Source: Takakia lepidozioides (taxonomy: Eukaryota; Plantae; Bryophyta). From it: DNA of 64,000 nt. The number at the start of each line of letters is the position of its first letter. The first letter of the stretch is position 1. The stretch is from contig CM060732.1 of NCBI GenBank assembly GCA_030704615.1, positions 51,460,001 through 51,524,000 of the forward strand. The letters run 5' to 3'. Below are positions 62,579 to 64,000 of the stretch, piece after piece. The notes under the pieces were generated by a model. The model was not told the DNA's origin and did not search any database. It was given only the letters and a program-made list of their open reading frames with translations. The position numbers and the translations under genes were made by a program.

Positions 62579-62591
62579 GAGGGGGAAGGGG
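62579..62591 (+). promoter_or_regulatory. Polypurine tract GAGGGGGAAGGGG
   Basis: 3 nt before the 3' LTR. Confidence 0.88.
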
Positions 62592-62594
62592 TAA

Positions 62595-63566
62595 TGTTAG
62601 AGGACTGTCGGGGACTTAGACACTTATACGGGATCTGTAGGGTACCCTTAATTTTTGCACAGACTGAGACCAACAGGAGCCTTAGGGGTGACAGCAGCGC
62701 ACTGTAGAGGGGGGTTACACAGCCCGTCACAGTCGTCACAGCCAGCCACACACGTCACACCCGTCACAGCCTCACACAGCCAACACAGCCCGTCACAGTC
62801 GTCACAGCAGACACAGCCGACACAGCCGACACAGCCCGCACAGCCACACAGCCAGTCACAGCCCGACACAGCCAAACACAGTCGCACAGCCAGTCACAGC
62901 CCGTCACAGTTTCACACAGCCAGTCACAGCTTGACACAGCTGTCACGATCATAGGAACGAAGAGTAGGACAGGGAACGACTGTGGGGAACAACACCTGCG
63001 AAGGGAACATGTTAGTTCACAGACGACGGTTAGTGAGGGAAACGGTTAGAACCGCGGATAGGAAGATAAAGGGAGAAACGGGGAATTGAGGAACATCATT
63101 CAGAGGAGGACTTCTTGGTGATAGAGGAGAGGGGATCGGGCAGAGATGAAGAACGGAAGTGAAGATAGAGAGATGAGAGTAGATGCTTGATATATGCAAG
63201 CTGTAATGATATTGTAGAGGAGATTAGAGACACAATGGCTTCGGCCTGATACCTGATAAATCATAATCGGATACTTTTACGATACAATCACACTGTGTAG
63301 AGAGATCTGAGTGAAGCTGTGGAATGAATGGATGAGTTGATGGAATCCAATAGATTGATAAAGCAAACTGATACTTAATTATCAATGGTAAGATAGTTAA
63401 CATGAATACCAAAAGGGAAACAAATAGGAAACACCCCATGATACACTAGCTGTAGGTCATGACTGATTGTTCTGCGCGGGCTGAGTACTTAGAGATTTCC
63501 AACTCTTCAATCTTGGAGTTTCCGCCTCGAATAGCGAAGGGATGGGTGAGTAAAAGCCGCGCGACA
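62595..63566 (+). repeat. 3' LTR of copy D
   Basis: TGTTAGAGG...GCGCGACA. Confidence 0.96.
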
Positions 63567-64000
63567 CTTTCGTCTGGTGAACTTCAACATGTTCCCTCGC
63601 AGTGTTGTTCCCCACAGTCGTTCCCTGTCCTACTCTTCGTTCCCTATGTGTGACAAGCTGTTCAAGCTGTGACTGGCTGTGTAAAACTGTGACGGTCTGT
63701 GACTGGCAAGTGCGACTGTGTTTGGCTGTGTCCGGCTGTGACTGGCTGTGTGGCTGTGCCGGCTTGTCGCTGTGTGGCTGTGTTCTGCTTGACGACTGTG
63801 ACGGGCTGTGTTGGCTGTTTGGCTGTTATGACTGTGACGGCTGTGTTGGCTGTGTCGGCTGTGCGGCTTGTGTTGGCTGTGACGACTTTGACGGGCTGTG
63901 TTGGCTGTGTCGGCTGTGACGCTGTGACGGGCTGTGTTTGCTATGTCGGCTGTGACGGGCTGTGTTGGCTGTGTCGGCTGTGACCGACTGTGACGGGCTG
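63567..64000 (-). repeat. Remainder of the 5' LTR of copy C (noisy sequence; continues beyond window)
   Basis: Resumes CGTCTG..AACATGTTCCC..CCCACAGTCGTTCCCTGTCC at the point where 50271 stopped. Confidence 0.88.

Larger units (their letters stand above)
50272..63566 (+). mobile_element. Complete Ty3/gypsy copy D (13.3 kb; non-chromovirus, Athila/Phygy/Selgy-like; no chromodomain or second RNase H seen)
   Basis: LTR-PBS-ORF1-gag-PR-RT-RH-IN-repeats-extra ORF-PPT-LTR. Confidence 0.96.
14234..64000 (-). mobile_element. Ty3/gypsy copy C, full-length but split into 14234-19617, 42719-50271 and 63567->64000 by two nested insertions
   Basis: The pieces rejoin collinearly with copy D across an 8-bp TSD (19610-19617/42719-42726) and across the LTR break at 50271/63567. 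Confidence 0.9.

Overview
This window is eukaryotic DNA, most likely from a seed-free land plant (spliceosomal GT-AG introns, a PLS-type PPR fragment, plant tRNA primer sites). It is made almost entirely of nested transposable elements, and I found no host gene. (i) There are five copies (A-E) of one non-chromoviral Ty3/gypsy family with ~1 kb TGT..ACA LTRs, a tRNA-Arg-like PBS, an extra ORF that starts inside the LTR, gag with 3 CCHC knuckles, pol, and a ~3.5 kb extra 3' ORF. Copy D (50272-63566, +) is complete and sits in the 5' LTR of copy C (14234->64000, -), which itself sits in copy E. (ii) A 23.1 kb Mutator-like DNA transposon (19618-42718, ~15 kb without its nested insert, 8-bp TSD GTGGTAGG) is inserted in copy C. 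It encodes a GCM-like/DDE/SWIM transposase and, divergently, a spliced ParB/Srx-fold + beta-class N4C/N6A DNA-methyltransferase-fold protein. That second gene is bracketed by about 50 helically phased copies of the palindrome GGAAATGCGGNNCCGCATTTCC. This is the best candidate for an undescribed system (a transposon-encoded self-marking or anti-silencing module). (iii) A very young 8.2 kb non-autonomous LTR element (22669-30834) interrupts the transposase. Its termini look circularly permuted around an internal CACACTACA-TA-TGTAGTGTG palindrome, which suggests integration from a 2-LTR circle. Many single-base frameshifts look like long-read consensus errors. All domain calls are by-eye motif recognition, not database searches.
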